This document shows, in pieces, positions 1 through 14,195 of a DNA stretch of 64,000 nucleotides. Under the pieces are notes generated by a model. It was not told where the DNA came from. It did not search any database and saw only the letters and a program-made list of their open reading frames with translations. Source of the stretch: Microbotryum violaceum (taxonomy: Eukaryota). Location of the stretch: assembly GCA_001244265.2 (NCBI GenBank), contig CDLV01000005.1, positions 744,001 to 808,000 on the forward strand, given 5' to 3'. The first letter of the stretch is position 1. Every line of letters starts with the position of its first letter. The translations under genes and the position numbers were made by a program.

Positions 1-57
1 CCGACAATTCTTCTGCTGTGATCCGAGCCTACCTGATCCGAAAACCTTGACTATAGG

Positions 58-965
58 CACCCGTACATCTTGGCGCATCGGTCGTCGAGTCATACCTCCC
101 CAAAATCACTTTGGCAGCATCATCAAATTCGATCCCCATCGCCTCGTTCCGCTACCTTCTCCAGGACTCACCGAAAGGCACTTACCTGACCCCTGACTTC
201 ATCTCGGGTCTTCACCACCTCGGCTCGAAAGGGTACGCCTTTGACCATACGGTCGATTCGAGACGGGGCAAGTGGATGTTACAAGATTCGGTCGAGATGA
301 TTTCGACGTTGAGATCCCAAGGTGGGACGACCAAGATCATCTTGGACCATTGTGGCAAACCCGATTTGGGGAGCTGGCCCCGGTCGTCGAATTCGTCTGG
401 AGCTGATAATGTGGCGTCCAAGACCTCGCATGGTGACTGGTTGGAGTCGATCTATCAGTTGGCTTTATTCCCCGATGTCTATGTCAAGTTCTCGGGTCTG
501 TTGGACCTCTGTCCGGCGGAGACCGTCGATCTCGCCGCGCGCGAATTCGAGCAGACACAACGTGATGCATCTTCGAGGCAGAGTGTAAAGGGAGGGGAGG
601 ACGCGATGGACGAGCTCACGGCGAGGATCAAGAAAGTCGTAGAACCCATCTTGGAAGCTTTCGGTATCGAAAGGGTTATGATTGGGTCCGGTTAGTCATG
701 TGTCACCGAGGTCGGAGGATCACCCTTTGAAGAAACTGACTCGACAGTCCTGGATCCAGACTGGCCCATGTTCCGAGCGTGTACGATCCCGACTCGGGAG
801 AAAGACGCTCATGAAGGCAGGGACGTTGTTCAGGAAGCGTCGGCATGGGCTTTGGGGATGAAGTTGTGCCTCGACGTCTTGCTCGAATTGGGGTTGGATG
901 GGCCGGCATTGGATCGAATTTTCGAGGGGACCGCAAGGGAGGTCTATGGGATCAGCAGTGCATGA
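58..965 (+). CDS. Amidohydrolase family protein (L-rhamnono-lactonase-like), 5'-truncated by the window edge
   Basis: Motifs ILDHCGKP, YVKFSG and IGS|DWP (joined across the GT-AG intron at about 692-759); stop at 963-965. Confidence 0.8.
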
Positions 966-1239
966 ACGAGATGGAAGCGATCTGAATTGCTCCATAGGTA
1001 GTGTTTTACTTGGTGTACATATGCATCGTTCCACATTCCATTCAGGGAGAGCTAAAGTGTCGAAGAACAAGCTGCCCCAACTTGCCGAAAACTCGAGGAT
1101 AGACGAGCGGGGGCGCGTCGTGCAACTGGAGGCAACTGGTGAGGTGTCTCTCGCTCTACACCCCTGCTCTCACGCGCGCTCTCGCTCTCACTCGCGTCAT
1201 CCATTCACGCTCGCACGGCAACCTGTACATTGCGCAACA

Positions 1240-3236
1240 ATGACGTCTCTTGCTGATGAGCTGATGAACGACCTCGATACTGACTCTGGAGGAGAAGATG
1301 ACCAGTTGGACGCCGTCCTCGGCTCAAACGGCCACGCTGGACCGTCGACGTCGACGTCGAAACTGAACGGAACTACGAACGAAGCATCCAACGGTGCAGC
1401 AAACGATGACGATGGCCAAGAGGATGAAGCAGGGGATGTCTTGATGGACTCGACTGCGGTGGGAGACATGATGGTCCCCGAGGGTGGGGTACGACCGACC
1501 CTCGAGCTCAACCCAGACGACGTCAATGCGATGCAGTTGGGCGAGGTCGGAGAGCTAGCAAAGGTCGCCAAGCTGGCAAATGGCAAGACCATGAAGGATG
1601 TACTCAGTGTGCGTAGTTTCTCAGCTAATTGTTTGCTGCACTGGGTGGCTGAAGCTGACTTGTGCGGCGAATGCGCTCGGTGGGGGTGGATCTCGTTCGA
1701 TCAACTGCGATCGTTCCACGCAGAAAATCGCATACTACCGAGAACATCCCGATCCGGACCTGGCTAGCGATGGCGACAGTCAAGAGTACCGCCTCATCGT
1801 GCAGGCCAACAACCTCAACGTCGAGGTTGACAACGAGATGCTCATCGTCCACAAGGTCCGTGCGCCGTTGACTCGGGACGAGGCCCTGAACGTCGCACGC
1901 GCTGATACACCCTGACGATACATTCATCTGTAGTTCATCAAAGACCACTACCTCCCGCGCTTCCCTGAACTCGACACGCTTGTCTCGGCCCCCCTGCCCT
2001 TTTGTCGTGTCATCCTCGCCCTCGGCAACGGTCCCGAACTTCGAGGCGATCTCACCGGCCTACTCACATCGGGTACGGTCATGGCCGTCACCGTCACCGC
2101 CGCGACCTCGCGAGGACAAACCTTGGACGATGCCGAGTGGAAGGTCGTTGAAGGTGCATGTGCGATGATGTTCCAACTCGACGATGCGAAGCGAACCATT
2201 CTCGAGTATGTCGAGTCAAGGATCTCGCTCCTCGCTCCCAACATCTCCGCGATTGTAGGAACACAGACCGCAACGAAGGTGCTCGGGATTGCGGGTGGAC
2301 TACAGGGTCTGTCGAGGATACCTCACTCCAACATCTACGTATGTTTTGTTTTGTGCTCTAGCTTGATCTGGTGTAACGTCCAGCTCATCTTCCTCAACCC
2401 CACTCACTGCCCATAGGTCCTCGGCGCGGTCAAACGAGCAACAACAGGATTCTCGACTGCCGCTCATTCCGTTGATCGACTACACACGGGTTTCATTTAC
2501 CAGTGCCCACTTGTGCAACGCACACGAGCCGAAGATCGCATGAAGGCTCAGCGCAAGGTCGGAGCCAAGGTCGCTCTCGCCTGCCGCGTCGACCTGGCCG
2601 GCTCGCATCCAACCGGTCAATTCGGGGAAGAGATGTTGGAAAAGCTCGAAAAGGAGATGGAACGTTTGGCACGACCGGCACCGAGCAAGATCGTCAAAGC
2701 GTTGCCTCGACCGGACGAGCAGAAGAAGGCTCGAAGGGGTGGGAAACGAGCTCGGAAGGCCAAGGAGGCGTACGCGCAGACCGAGTTGAGGAAGCAACAG
2801 AACAGGATGAAGTTTGGCGAGGCCGAGGAGGAGACAGGTTACGCCGACGAGACGGTCGGAATGGGCATGATCGGTTCGAGTGGGAGTGGGCGCGTGCGTG
2901 TCACGGATGGGGAAGCGAGGAGCAAGGCCAAGTTGTCCAAATCGGCGAAAGGGCGATTGGCGAGCATCAAAACGAGTTCAAGTGCGACGTCGGGTTTGGC
3001 GACGAGTTTGGCGTTCACTCCGGTCCAAGGTACGTTCAGGGGCAGAACCTGCTGTTCGTTGTGCGATCGGATCTGACTTTGTATTGCTTCGCTTCTACTC
3101 AGGTCTCGAGTTGGTCGACCCGAGCAAACTGCGGACAAAGACGGAAGAGGCAAATGCGAACTGGTTCGCCAACGATGGTGCTTTCACGCATGTGCAGAAG
3201 GGGGGTGGATTCGGGAAATCCCAGGTAAAGCGATGA
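1240..3236 (+). CDS. PRP31: U4/U6 snRNP protein Prp31 (Nop domain), multi-exon
   Basis: MTSLADELMNDL start, EYRLIVQANNLNVEVDNE, LLAPNISAIVG, KALPRPDEQKKARRGGKRARK, TELRKQQNRMKFGE, SGLATSLAFTPVQG|LEL; four GT-AG introns. Confidence 0.95.
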
Positions 3237-3431
3237 TGGCGCTCTGCATGATGTGAATCTGAAATAAAACGCTTCCATTGCAGACTAACCAAAGTTGAAA
3301 AACCGAAAATTGCTTTTTTGTTGTTGTGTACTATAATTTTTTGAGTTCCAGAACCCCTTTGCTATTTGTTGCCGATACTGTCCACGCGTTTGCCTTCTCA
3401 TCCCGCCCCTTTTGAAAACACCTATCACCTA

Positions 3432-6306
3432 TCACCGACCTCGCCTACCCCTTGAGGATCCTCCACCACGGTGCGTATTGCCGGTGGTGATCGGATCTTG
3501 GCGCGCCAGGTCTTGGAGATGTCGCCTGACCTCAGGCCGACGTAGCATGGGCGCGTTCTCCCACCTCTTCTTGAAAAATTCGACCCCGCGAGTGCCGAAC
3601 GTCAAGTTTTCGACTTCGACGGCAGCTTGCAGCCATGCTCGGGACTCGTCAGCATGCAAGTCTCCCCGCATAGTCGTGAACATGTGTAGGCAGAGGCACA
3701 GAAGCGTGGTGACGTCCGAAGAAATGCCCAAGGCCTGGACTTGGATCTTGCAGTTGCTTGACCACTGCGCGTCCTCGCGAAGTGGGTCCATCTCGGCAGC
3801 GGGACCAGTTAGAGTCATTTGGCATCCCATCGCGACCAACGCCCTTTTAAAAAGGCCGATGATGGAAAGCGGGAAAATGAACGAAGGCGAGTGCCGTAGA
3901 CGATGGATGACGCCCAGCCGGCCAGCAGCCACCTTAGTTTGTTGCACAAACGTGGCTTCTGCGAGCTCCCACAAGGGTTCGGCGAGCTCGGGTCGCACAC
4001 GACTATGGCCAGGCCTATAGGTTGCTTCGAGCGCATTCACCAACTTGCGAAGCCTCTTGACTCTGGTGTCGAGGTCGAGAGGCTCCTCGAAGTGCTCGAA
4101 GACGAGGGCCATGCTAGCGCTGTCGAATAGCCCTTTGCGAAGACTGAGTCGGGAGGCACCGTCCAGCTTGTCGTCGACGCAGCACCGACATCCACATTCT
4201 CCCACACCATTCTCTTCAGCTTCCTCTCTCAAACTTCTACGCGTGGCATGTTCGTAGATCGTAGTTGATACGGTCATCGTGATCTCCACCCCGGCCGGAA
4301 TGAACTCGCGAGCGCGTACGAAGGTGAGGTCTCCGAATCGCGCAGCGACCGTGACGTTGGGAAAGCACGCGTGGTTGATAAGCGAGAGATACGGGCACGC
4401 TCCTAGCATCACAGTGTCGAGGCGTTGTTCTGCTTCGTCTTCAGGCATGATTGGCCTCGGTGGGAAGAGGTCCTCCGGTCCACGCACGACTTGAAAACCA
4501 CATGATCTGTCCAGCGATGCAGAATCACTCGTCAGCAATTCGGTTGAGCAGACCGGGAAGTACCGGCAGGAGTTTCGGCAAGCTGCCACTTGCGAAACCT
4601 GGGCAATCAGAAGGTCGGCTGAATCGATATCGAGGTCGAATTCACCCCCGACAGGGGTGTATGGCTTTCGAAAGTCTGCATGAAAGCTTTGCGAGCCGGG
4701 GGTTGCAGAAAGGGCCGCCATCTCTGCGTCGCGACCGTGATGAAGAGGAGCCAGAGTCTCGATCAAGGTGGGGTCGTCAATTAGCCTTGAGATGAACATG
4801 TTGTGATAGAGCGCTATTTGTTGAGATAGACTGGTTCTGCCCTTGGAGAGACTTGAAACAGCATACCCCGATGCGAAAGCTTTCTCGGCCAGGATGAGCT
4901 CTCCAACTTGAATATCACTCGTGGCGATCACGCCGCGAATGCCTCGACCCTCGACTTTGTCGACAACGCGGATCGGACCGATGTAGTTGCCGACAGGCAT
5001 GCGAGGTTCCTCCTCAGGCTTGAGCGATCGCTCGTAGAGCTCGAGCCAAGGGTAATGCTTGCCCGTGCGACTCTGCTCGAGCATCAGCTCGACGCGCGCA
5101 ATGCCTTGTTGAGCCTCGCCCTTGAGCGACCGACCGAAAGCCAGTACTTGCTTGTACGATGCGAGCGCGAGCTCGAGGTTGTTGGCTCGCTCTTCGGCGA
5201 CGGCCCGTCGACGCCACGCCTTCTCAAGCCAGTCCTGGATGGTCTTTGGACCGATCTCGAGCCGACCCTCGGGCGACACGTTTTCAACCAACTCGATGAC
5301 CTTGAGCGCATCCTGGTGCGCCTGACGCAGGTTGTCGACCTTGAGGTGGGCCGCGCAGCGATTGTTGTGGAGCAAGACGAGGCGCTCGATGGGCTCAACT
5401 GGGTTCGCATGCGTGACGAGATCGATCCCAGTCGAGTAGAGCTTGATAGCTCCACGCCATTGCTTGCGAACGAATGCCGCATTGCCGAGAGCCTTGTAGT
5501 CGTCGTTCAGGCTCGGAATCGGACCGGGAGCGGGGCCGCTCCACGAAGTTGCACTGCCGCGCACTAGTGGATGGGAAAGCTCGAGCATCACGACGTCGGT
5601 GGGACTAGGGCAGATGAAGTAAGTCTCGTTGGGTCTGAAAAATCTACGAAGCCGCTTGATTGCAACGATCTGGCCGAGCGGGAAGAGGAGGTCGAGCTCG
5701 GGTCCCGTTGCGGTTGGCCCCAAAGGCCAACTCGAGACACGCATCATCGCCGCTGCGCCAGACTGGTCCTCGAAAGCGAACGCGACATCGCCCTGATTGC
5801 GATGCGGCCTCGAGATGATACGAGCTAGGAGGTAGATTGACTGATTACCAAGAATCCTCCAGGAAAGGTTGGTCAAAGTCATCCTCAGAATCATACACGC
5901 TGCCTATGCTCACCTTTCCATCATGCTGGGCCTTCAAAGCATCCTTGATGTCCGCAGCTGCGGGGAAGAATGTGAAGCTGGTCAGTTGATCGTGTTTATT
6001 GACTAACAGTCAAAATCACTCTAAGGACAAACCTTTGTAGCGGTCTGTCATGGCAGCCGAATTTATCGCTACGGCTCCGTACTTCACCTGCTCGACAGTG
6101 TCGTCCACAAGGCTAGGATGAGCATACACCGAGCGAGCGAGAGCCATAATCTTGAGCAGTATGCGACGCGATTCGACGACGTTCGAGAATGCGCCCTCGG
6201 TTCCAACTTGTTCATACAGTTCCATAGCGCGCAGACGCTCGAGGAAGCGTAGCTCGGAACGAGCAGAGTTCAGCTCGCCCCTGGCGAGGGGTTCTGGCGG
6301 ATCCAT
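3432..6306 (-). CDS. TPR + SET domain protein (putative lysine methyltransferase)
   Basis: 820-aa ORF with TPR (KALGNAAFVRKQWRGAIKLYSTGI), SET motifs (GIRGVIATSDIQVGELILAEKAF, SLINHACFPN) and post-SET CGCRCC; upstream exons and start at 6306 are less certain. Confidence 0.8.
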
Positions 6307-7225
6307 TGTTCTTCGTGATAGGGCGCAGGTCTTGGGCAACGGTTGAAGGTACGATGAAAGGTATGATAGATGGAGGAATCCAAGAGGCGTTTTCTCTCAA
6401 GTGGCACAAGGGCAAAGCGGGTTGGTGATTGTTCTTTTTGCCCGCCGGCACACGTCCGGACAGGAGCTACGCTCTTCTGCCCGTTGAGGCATTTCTTCCA
6501 GCCGCTCAAACGATCACTTATGCGTCCTCAATTAGGCTGTTGTACAGTGTTTCCAAGGTCAAGCACCGAGCCCTGGAGTGTCCTGATGGTACTTGGGTCT
6601 AGTCAGGGTCTTTTCTCCGACTCCAAGAATTCACGAGGGTCGAGATTGGACGCGCACAAACAGGTGATCCGCCCTTACTGTTCTCTGCAAATGTACGGTA
6701 TAGATTTCGTATTTGGAGGTCTTTGGCGCTCGCAGATCACGAGAAAATAAAAAAGCTGTCCCACCTGGAAACCAAAAATGCTGTGCGGTTCATGAAGAAA
6801 TCAAGTTGGAAAAAAGGGGGAAAACGAAGGGAGATCGCTCCAAAAGGTCCATTCATACCGGGGAAGAAATTCCGATCTGCAACTGAAGTCAGTTCGCCTT
6901 GCCTTGTTTGAGTCTGTAGGTTGAATGCGCCCGAGCTCAGGCTTGCTGCACAGGAGGCGCATTCCTTGTCGATTATTGGTTCAAGGAAGTGGAGGGCAGA
7001 GAGTGGTGATGGAACGAGCATGAGAAGGGAGAAGGAAGGAAGAGGAAGCGAGTGCGGGAGGGAGATCACAACTCGAAAGGAAAGCCGAGCCTCATCAGAC
7101 GTCTCATATTCTCATCGACTGCCCCGGCGCCGGCTATTCCTTCCCTCAATTCCGAGCAGCTCGATCCAAGCTTCGCATAAGCCTTAACCCATGGTGTATG
7201 GCAGCTCATCTCACAATTGTAATTC

Positions 7226-10200
7226 CTACGTCCAGATTGCTACATCAATGATCCGAACCGAACGATCCTCGCTCCCACTAGCCAGTCTAACCGTCGAAGC
7301 GTCCTCCATCTTCTTCGGGCAGAACGACAGACTCGTAACCGTTTGAACGTGAGCGATCCTGTGACGAGCATGTCACAGGAGGAGATCAGTTCTCCTGCAT
7401 GTTCCCGATGAATTCCCCGGCATTGGACTCACTCGGGTCCCAATTCGACCACTTCCTTCCAGCCCTCTACCGGCTCAATAGCCTTTACAAACACCCGAAT
7501 CTCGCCATTCTCCAACCCCACCGCCAACACATGCTTACCTCCATTCCTCGTACAAGCCACCGCCGTCGCCGCCTCCTCGAATTTGATCGTCTCGACCTCT
7601 TGCCATGTGCTAGTCGACCACACTTTCACGGACTTGTCCCTCGAAGCTGTGAAGAACGTTTCTGCATCGTGGGAGAAGCATGCGTCCCAGATGATACGGG
7701 CATGGGCTTTAACCCCCGCTTTGTGGGGACAGTACAGATCTGTGCATAATGGAATACGCGGTCTCGTCAAGTCATGAACTGTTCTCCATCGAATGATGAG
7801 ACCACGAACCTTCATCCTCGATCCTCTCGAACATCCTCCAGCTCCGATCCCTCGAAACGCTCAACAACCACTTGCCCCCTTCGCCTCCAAAAACAACCTT
7901 CGTAATACTCAAACTATGACCCTTCAGTCCATCTTTGGGTGCCACCATCTTCCCCAACTTGGGTTCAAACAACCTTACTACGGCGTGTTGTTCAACCGTA
8001 GCTTTACAACTCGTCGCGATGAGTTGGGACGACGACGACGGTCCGTCGGATCGGCGCGCAGCGATCGACAAGAGCTCAAATCCATGTCCGTACAGTTTCT
8101 CGATCTCGGGCCAGAGCGTCGATCCGAGGAGATGTTCTTCGTATGGAGGATGATCAGGAACGGTCAAAGATGCGTTCGAGAAAGCCGTCGTGTACAACCC
8201 CCCTTCAGTCTCCTTGGGAATTTGTTCTTCCTCCGCTTCCGTTTTACCAATCGCTCGATTCGATAAGCCGAGTGGAGGTACGTTCGCTGCCATGGGACGA
8301 TCTTCCCCATCTTGAGCGAATTCGATCTGGCTCAATTGGTTGAGCGATTTGAGGAGGTTGCCTGGTGCCGAGAAGACTCGAACGATCTTCTCGTCCGCTC
8401 CGGAGACGAAACTGAGTCGGTCGAGGAAGGCGATCGAAGAGAGTGGGTAGCCGTGGATTTGAGGGCGTGCAAGTTCTGCGAGAATAGGCCAGTGGAATCA
8501 GCCATCCCATCGCTGTTGGTCGCCGCTGATTAGAAGCTCACCATGCCACGTTTCGATCTGTGCTCCCTGCGGACCTTTCCGCCTCCAAGGTCCATGCAAC
8601 CTCGTCGCCATATCGTGTCTAGTCACCAATTCGCTCAGTCGCAGCCCCCGAATCATCTTCTTTCGCACAAGTAACCTCACTCCAACTCACCCTGCGGACA
8701 TCAAGTACTCCCCCTCCGGTTCCCATTCTACACACCTGACCTCACCGAAATGCCCCGTCGTCGCAACGATCGGATCCCAACTCTCCGCTTCAGCCTCTTC
8801 CCCCTCCTTCCTCCTCCAGGCATGCCAACTCCCACCCCAACCGTTCGCCAAGACCGTTCGAGCGTTGAATCCCCAAAGGGCACCGAAGAAACCGAGGTTC
8901 GTCGCGGAAGAGAATTCGCCAAAGCGTCGGGAGGAAGTCCATACGGAGGAGGAACTCGCTCCTTTCAGCGTTGAAGACTGGGAGGTATCTTCATCGGGTA
9001 CGGAGGTCGCCACGATGGGCGTGGGTGTCCAAAGGATCATCGACCTATCGGCCGAAGCGCTCAACAGCCTCAACCCATCTTTGGGATCGACCAAAGGTGA
9101 CCAACGCAACCCCGTAACCCATGCATCATGCCCCAACAAGACGGCCTCACTCGCACATGCGAAACTCTCGCAAGAGGGGGAAGAAGTATCGCCGACGATG
9201 AATTGATGCGATTTGAGCCTCAGCTCACCTTCAGCACTCGAGGTCGATTGATCCAAGGCGTCGAGCGCTTCCAAGCCCGAGGTTAGGCCCGTCGTGGAGT
9301 CGGTTCGTACGGGGGCGGGTGAGAAGCGCCAAAGTCGGATGTAGTTGTCTTGAGAACCCGAGGCGAGCAAAACTTCGGAGGATGCAATGTCGTAGTTGAG
9401 AGAGGTCGAGGTGCTCGAAGGAGCGTCTGCCGGGATGGGGGTGATGAAGGAGAGGCAGCGGATCCAGTCCGAGTGGCCTTCGAGCGAGAGGGATTTGGTG
9501 AACTGGAAGGGAAATTTATGAGCTCGAGCTGTTATTCACTGAATCTGATTCGGGATGACCCACTTTGATGGAAGATGTAGTTGGACTCGCGTAGATGGTC
9601 AGTCGCTTGTCGGTACTTCCGACGGCGAGCGCGACACCTGGGAAGAAGCAGACGGGGGTCGTGAATAAGAGCCGAGATGACGGGGGTAGGACACCTTGAG
9701 ACTCACTCGACGAAGCAGGAAGGAAGCTGGTCTCGAGTGAGAGTGGGATCTTGCCCTTTGTGTCGATCCTCTGGACAAGTTCTTTTCGCGGAAGCTCTTT
9801 TAGCAGCCAGCCGAGTGAAGCGGGAAGCGTGAAATTTTCTCCCCCGATGAGACGTACCCGGCTCAGCCTCGGTGCGGATCCGCCATACTCGAATGGAGGC
9901 GTCGGATGATGCTGTGAATACGAGAAAGTGATCGCCGCTGCTACCGTCGCCTAGAGCCACTGTCGTGACGGCCGAGATGGACTTGACATGTCCCGAGAGG
10001 ACGGCGCGAGTGGACCACTTGCCGAGCGAGGATGGGGAGCGGGTGAGGATTGAGACGAGTCCGCTTTCTGGCGAGGCAGGGGTAGGGGTGTATCACCTAC
10101 CTGTTGTGTTTCCGAGTGCTGCTTCCACAGCCTGACCTGACCTAAACTATCTCCCGTGACCAAGTGTCGACTCGGGGTCGAGTTGCTGCTCGGGGTCTTG

Positions 10201-10472
10201 ATGAACCTGAGCGCGGTGACATGGCCCTCGTGTCCTGCCAGCGTCTTGTGGATCCCATTCGAGGTTGGGGACTGTGTGAAGAGGGTCGTCATCGGTGAGA
10301 GCCGTACGATGATCTGCACTGGCCGAACCGACGCCTGCCTGCTCACATTGGATTCCCACAGAGCGACGAGACGGGCCGAGCCGAAAGCGAGTAATCCGTC
10401 GTGGGGGCGACAGTCGGCGACGTCCGCTCGGTTCGCAGCCGCGGAGATGTACACCGAACGAGCGGTGGCCAT
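7226..10472 (-). CDS. ELP2: Elongator complex subunit 2 (WD40), multi-exon
   Basis: LASGSQDNYIRLW, EAVLLGHDAWVT, LLSASADRSMILW, ANVPPLGLSNRA, TLWPEIEKLYGHGFE, AHARIIWD, LASGSEDRSVRI. Confidence 0.95.
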
Positions 10473-10528
10473 GACCCCCGAGTTGGAGTGTAAAGAGTCG
10501 AGTGGGGGAGGAGTTGGAAGCGCAAGAG

Positions 10529-10570
10529 GAGTGGGTAGTGAGTGAGTAGTGAGTGAGTAGTGAGTGAGTG
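10529..10570. repeat. Short tandem repeat (GAGTGAGTAGT)n in the ELP2/TAF13 divergent intergenic region
   Basis: About 3.5 copies of an 11-nt unit read directly from the sequence. Confidence 0.7.
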
Positions 10571-10750
10571 CGGAGTGACATCCGATCGACGAGTTATTAG
10601 GCGCTCGCTCTAATCTCGCTCTGACTTGGGCCACTCCTTACACCGCTTTCTTCCATCACATTTGCCACGAGTGGGATCGTACGCACCGAGTGGAGTAGAG
10701 CACATCTCAGCTCGGTGATCGTGCGCCTTACCCCATCACCAGCAGCGATC

Positions 10751-11689
10751 ATGTCCGACCCCACTTCGAACCGCGCCTCGACGAGCACACATCCGGCTAC
10801 AGCAGCCACCACGTCCACCACCACCACCACGGCTACGACTCAGCCGGGCGCATCCCGAGCACAAAAGTACCGGCCATTCAGGGCAAGAGGTGAGCACAGC
10901 GCTGCCTACACCTCCACACCTCCGGGAAGAGCTGACTGGGCCTCTTTGGCGGCATACTCGCGCCAGGTCTCTTTGTCAAGGATCGTGCGTGACACCAGTC
11001 CATCATCCCCACACCAAGATCATCATTGACCATAGTCTTCACACCCAGTCGGACCCATGCTCTTTGGCTTTGGTGATCAAGCACCTTGCCTGCCAGAGAC
11101 CGCGCTCCTGATGGAGGAACTGCTCATCAACCACATCACTTCCATCGCAAGTCGAAATTGCATTACTCGCGGCCGACCACTCCATTCCTCCATCTCCAGA
11201 CTCACTGACCGACCCCCTTTTCCCTCTCAGTGTCAATCCGCGCAACGTTCCGCCCTCGATCGGGATCGTCTCAAACTCGACGACGTCAAATTCTCCCTCC
11301 GTCACGACCCCAAGAAACTAGCCCGAGTGGAGGAGTTGCTCTTCATGACCGAGGTCATCGCCCGTGCGAGGGGTAGGGACGATTTAGAACAGTATGCTGA
11401 TGAACCGATCGGAGGCACGAAAGGGAAGGCAGCGGCGGCGACCGGCGAACAGGACAAGGAGAAGGAGATGCAGAGCGTGGCTGCAGTGAAAGAAGCTGCG
11501 ACTCTTCCTACGCTTTTCAAGACGGGTGGCATCACGAGGCCGAGGGAGGGAGCAAAAGCGTCGAGCAAGGAGGTTGCAGACGGTGGTGGCCAAGGGGAAG
11601 GTCCCAAGAAGAAAAAGAAAAAGAAGAACAAGACCGACAAGGACAAGGACAAGGCAGCCGTGTCGACACCCATAGCCGCGGACGAGTAG
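10751..11689 (+). CDS. TAF13: TFIID subunit 13 (histone fold)
   Basis: Spliced product RG|LFVKD|LGPMLFGFGD..PET..LMEELL..HI...LKLDDVKFSLRHDPKKLARVEELL; includes an 18-nt microexon and a GC-AG intron at 11147-11230. Confidence 0.9.
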
Positions 11690-11826
11690 GTGGCTCCCAC
11701 CGAAGAGAAGAGGTAGATCTGAATGTTGTAAAACCGCGCAAACACATCCTTCACTTCACTGTCTGCCAGAGCTGCGTGAACACAAAATCTATACTTTTTA
11801 GTTTTGGGGAAACATTCAAACTCCGG

Positions 11827-14195
11827 CTATGTCGGTCTCCACCCATTCAATAACAACCTCGCCTGTTGGAACCCCGTCCTCCTCTGCTGCTTCGGTGCCG
11901 TTCTCCCTCCCGTGGTCCTCATCTCCTGACATGTGAAGCTCTCCGGAGGCGTCCTCCACTCGTCCAAGACGTACTGTGCATTCTTCTTCATCTGCGGTTC
12001 CTTGTCCTCACCTGTACCGAACAAATCCAAAGCCAGTTGGATATGGGAAACACCGGCGTAGGTCGTAACGCAGCGTGGGTTGACGAGGATGCGCGCAACG
12101 GCGTAATCGAATTGAGCGTTAGGGAGTGACTTGGGCCGGCGTTTCGAGAGCTTTCGCTTCTTGTGCGCTTCGGAAGGGATCGACACGGAGCGCTTGTGCT
12201 TGGCTCGCACCTCGACCGGTGCTGCTACTGCTGGTCCTGCTTCTCCCTCTACCGCCGGTGGTGGTGGCGGCGGCAGCGGTGGTGCCGCATCCGAGGACGT
12301 CTCCCCTTCAGCGACGGAAACGTCGGCCGCCGCGGCCAAAGCAGCCCCTTCTTCATCCTCAATCTTGACCGCCAAATCGATCGGTCTCCCCTTGCCACCT
12401 TCGTCCGCGTCATAAGGTTCCGGTTCGAGTCCCATCTCCGCATCCGCAGCGTCTCTCTCCTCATCGAACTCTTCATCGTCTTCCTCATCCCCTTCCCCGT
12501 CCCCGCCTTCCGTTGAAGCCTTCGGCTTGCCATCCGGAGACGCCCCCGTTTCATCCACCAGGTAATCCCCCGAATTCGGGTACCCGACTTTATCATTCGT
12601 CGTAGGTGAATAAGACGCCGTCGCTGCCGCGATCAGGTCCTGCATAAATGGATGCACCTTTCTCGCTTTCCCAATCTTTTCGTCGTGCGCGATTCGTTTG
12701 GCTTCCTCCTTGATCCCATTGCGGAATGCTACCATCCACATGTCGCGACAGAAATGCACTTGCGATGAATCCATACAGGGCCCTTCGGACCATTTAGGTG
12801 GGGTTTTACCGTCCGAGGCTGAAGTGGTGTTGAACACGCCTTGAACGGAAGATTGGTACGTCACGCCATGGTAGTAAGATTGATGAGGATCGACGACGTG
12901 CGAACCCGATTCGCAACAAAAGACTTGGAACGGGAGATGCAACGTGTACCTTGCTCCACCGTACGCATCGCGAGGTGGGGCCTCGTCGATCGGGGAGGTC
13001 GATTTCGAGCCTCGAAACAAGTTGCCGTCCATGTCGCGCGTACGCCAACGATCGTTGTAGATGAAGAAACCGTTGTGTTCCTTCCAGTCCATCGAGCACA
13101 CCATCGCGGCTTCGTTGATCTCGGAAACGCGGATCGTCTCCAAGAGGTCGTTGGGGCAGGTGAAGCCCTTGAGCCAAATCACGCGACTGAACTTGACCTT
13201 GCGACGTTCCCAAAGTTCGATCAGGGGTTCGAGCGCAAGGTTGCGCGTGTAAGCCTCTTCGAGAGGGTAGTAAGCTGCTGCCGGATCTTGCGTCATCGCG
13301 GGGACTTGTCGGATCCGGTACGAGATACCCAAGAGGAGAAAGATGGATTCGGCGATGTCGCATAAAAACGGGGTCGAGTCCGACGAGGCATAGTCGACGA
13401 GCGAGACAAAGATAGAACCCGCGCCGAGCTGTTTAGACAGCTGCACAATCACCGCGAGCTGATCGACGACGAAGTGATCTGCACCATGGACGATGAGCGC
13501 AAAGTAATACAGCTTGCCCTGGCCGGCAAGGTCGCTCCAATCGTCGTCTTTCTTGTTACCGAACGGACGGGTCAGCGATGCACAAGCCGCTGCAGCCCAT
13601 CCGTTGAAGCTCAACAACTCGTCGACCGCACCTCGCAACACTTGTTCATCGAGATGCATCGTATCGGAGTTCGTCGCGAACGGCCTTTGAAATCGATTCC
13701 AAAAATCGTTGATGCCCGTCGCGATGTCGGTGTCGAAGATGTCGGGACTTTCGTCGCGATTGATGCGACTCTGCAGAAAAGGGTATTTCTTGGTATCGAG
13801 CGGTTGCCCGGATAAGGGTGATCCGAGTGTTATCCGTTCGAGGATGGCTGGATGAGCGACTTCCCCATAGGGTGTTGTAGGCTAGATCGGGTACGAAACG
13901 AGATCGCGAGGGTGAGCAAGACGGGTCTCCGCCGGAAGAAGGGCGAAGCTGATCATCGCTAAGGATGGGGTAGCACGATCTTGTACACACCTTGGAGTCC
14001 CATATCAGCCATTTAACTGAAAAGCAGGTTACGATGACGACGGCGACCCGGATCACCAACCGCTGGACTGGGTTGAGCGAGACCTGTTCGTGACGTTGGG
14101 CAAGAGGAGGCGCGTAGAGGTGAGCGTGACCGAGTCGGGATGAGAACAACGAACCCCATAGGAAAGATAGGTTGGAGAGAACATACCCGTGGCAT
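11827..14195 (-). CDS. CAP59: CAP59-like putative glycosyltransferase (GT69 / capsule-associated), type II membrane protein
   Basis: 9-nt first exon ATGCCACGG, then a TM segment (RVAVVIVTCFSVKWLIW), FLQSRINRDE, ADHFVVDQLAVIVQL, YYPLEEAYTRNLALEPL, KGFTCPNDLLET, CSMDWKEHNGFFIYNDRWRTRD, PFQVFCCESG. Confidence 0.85.
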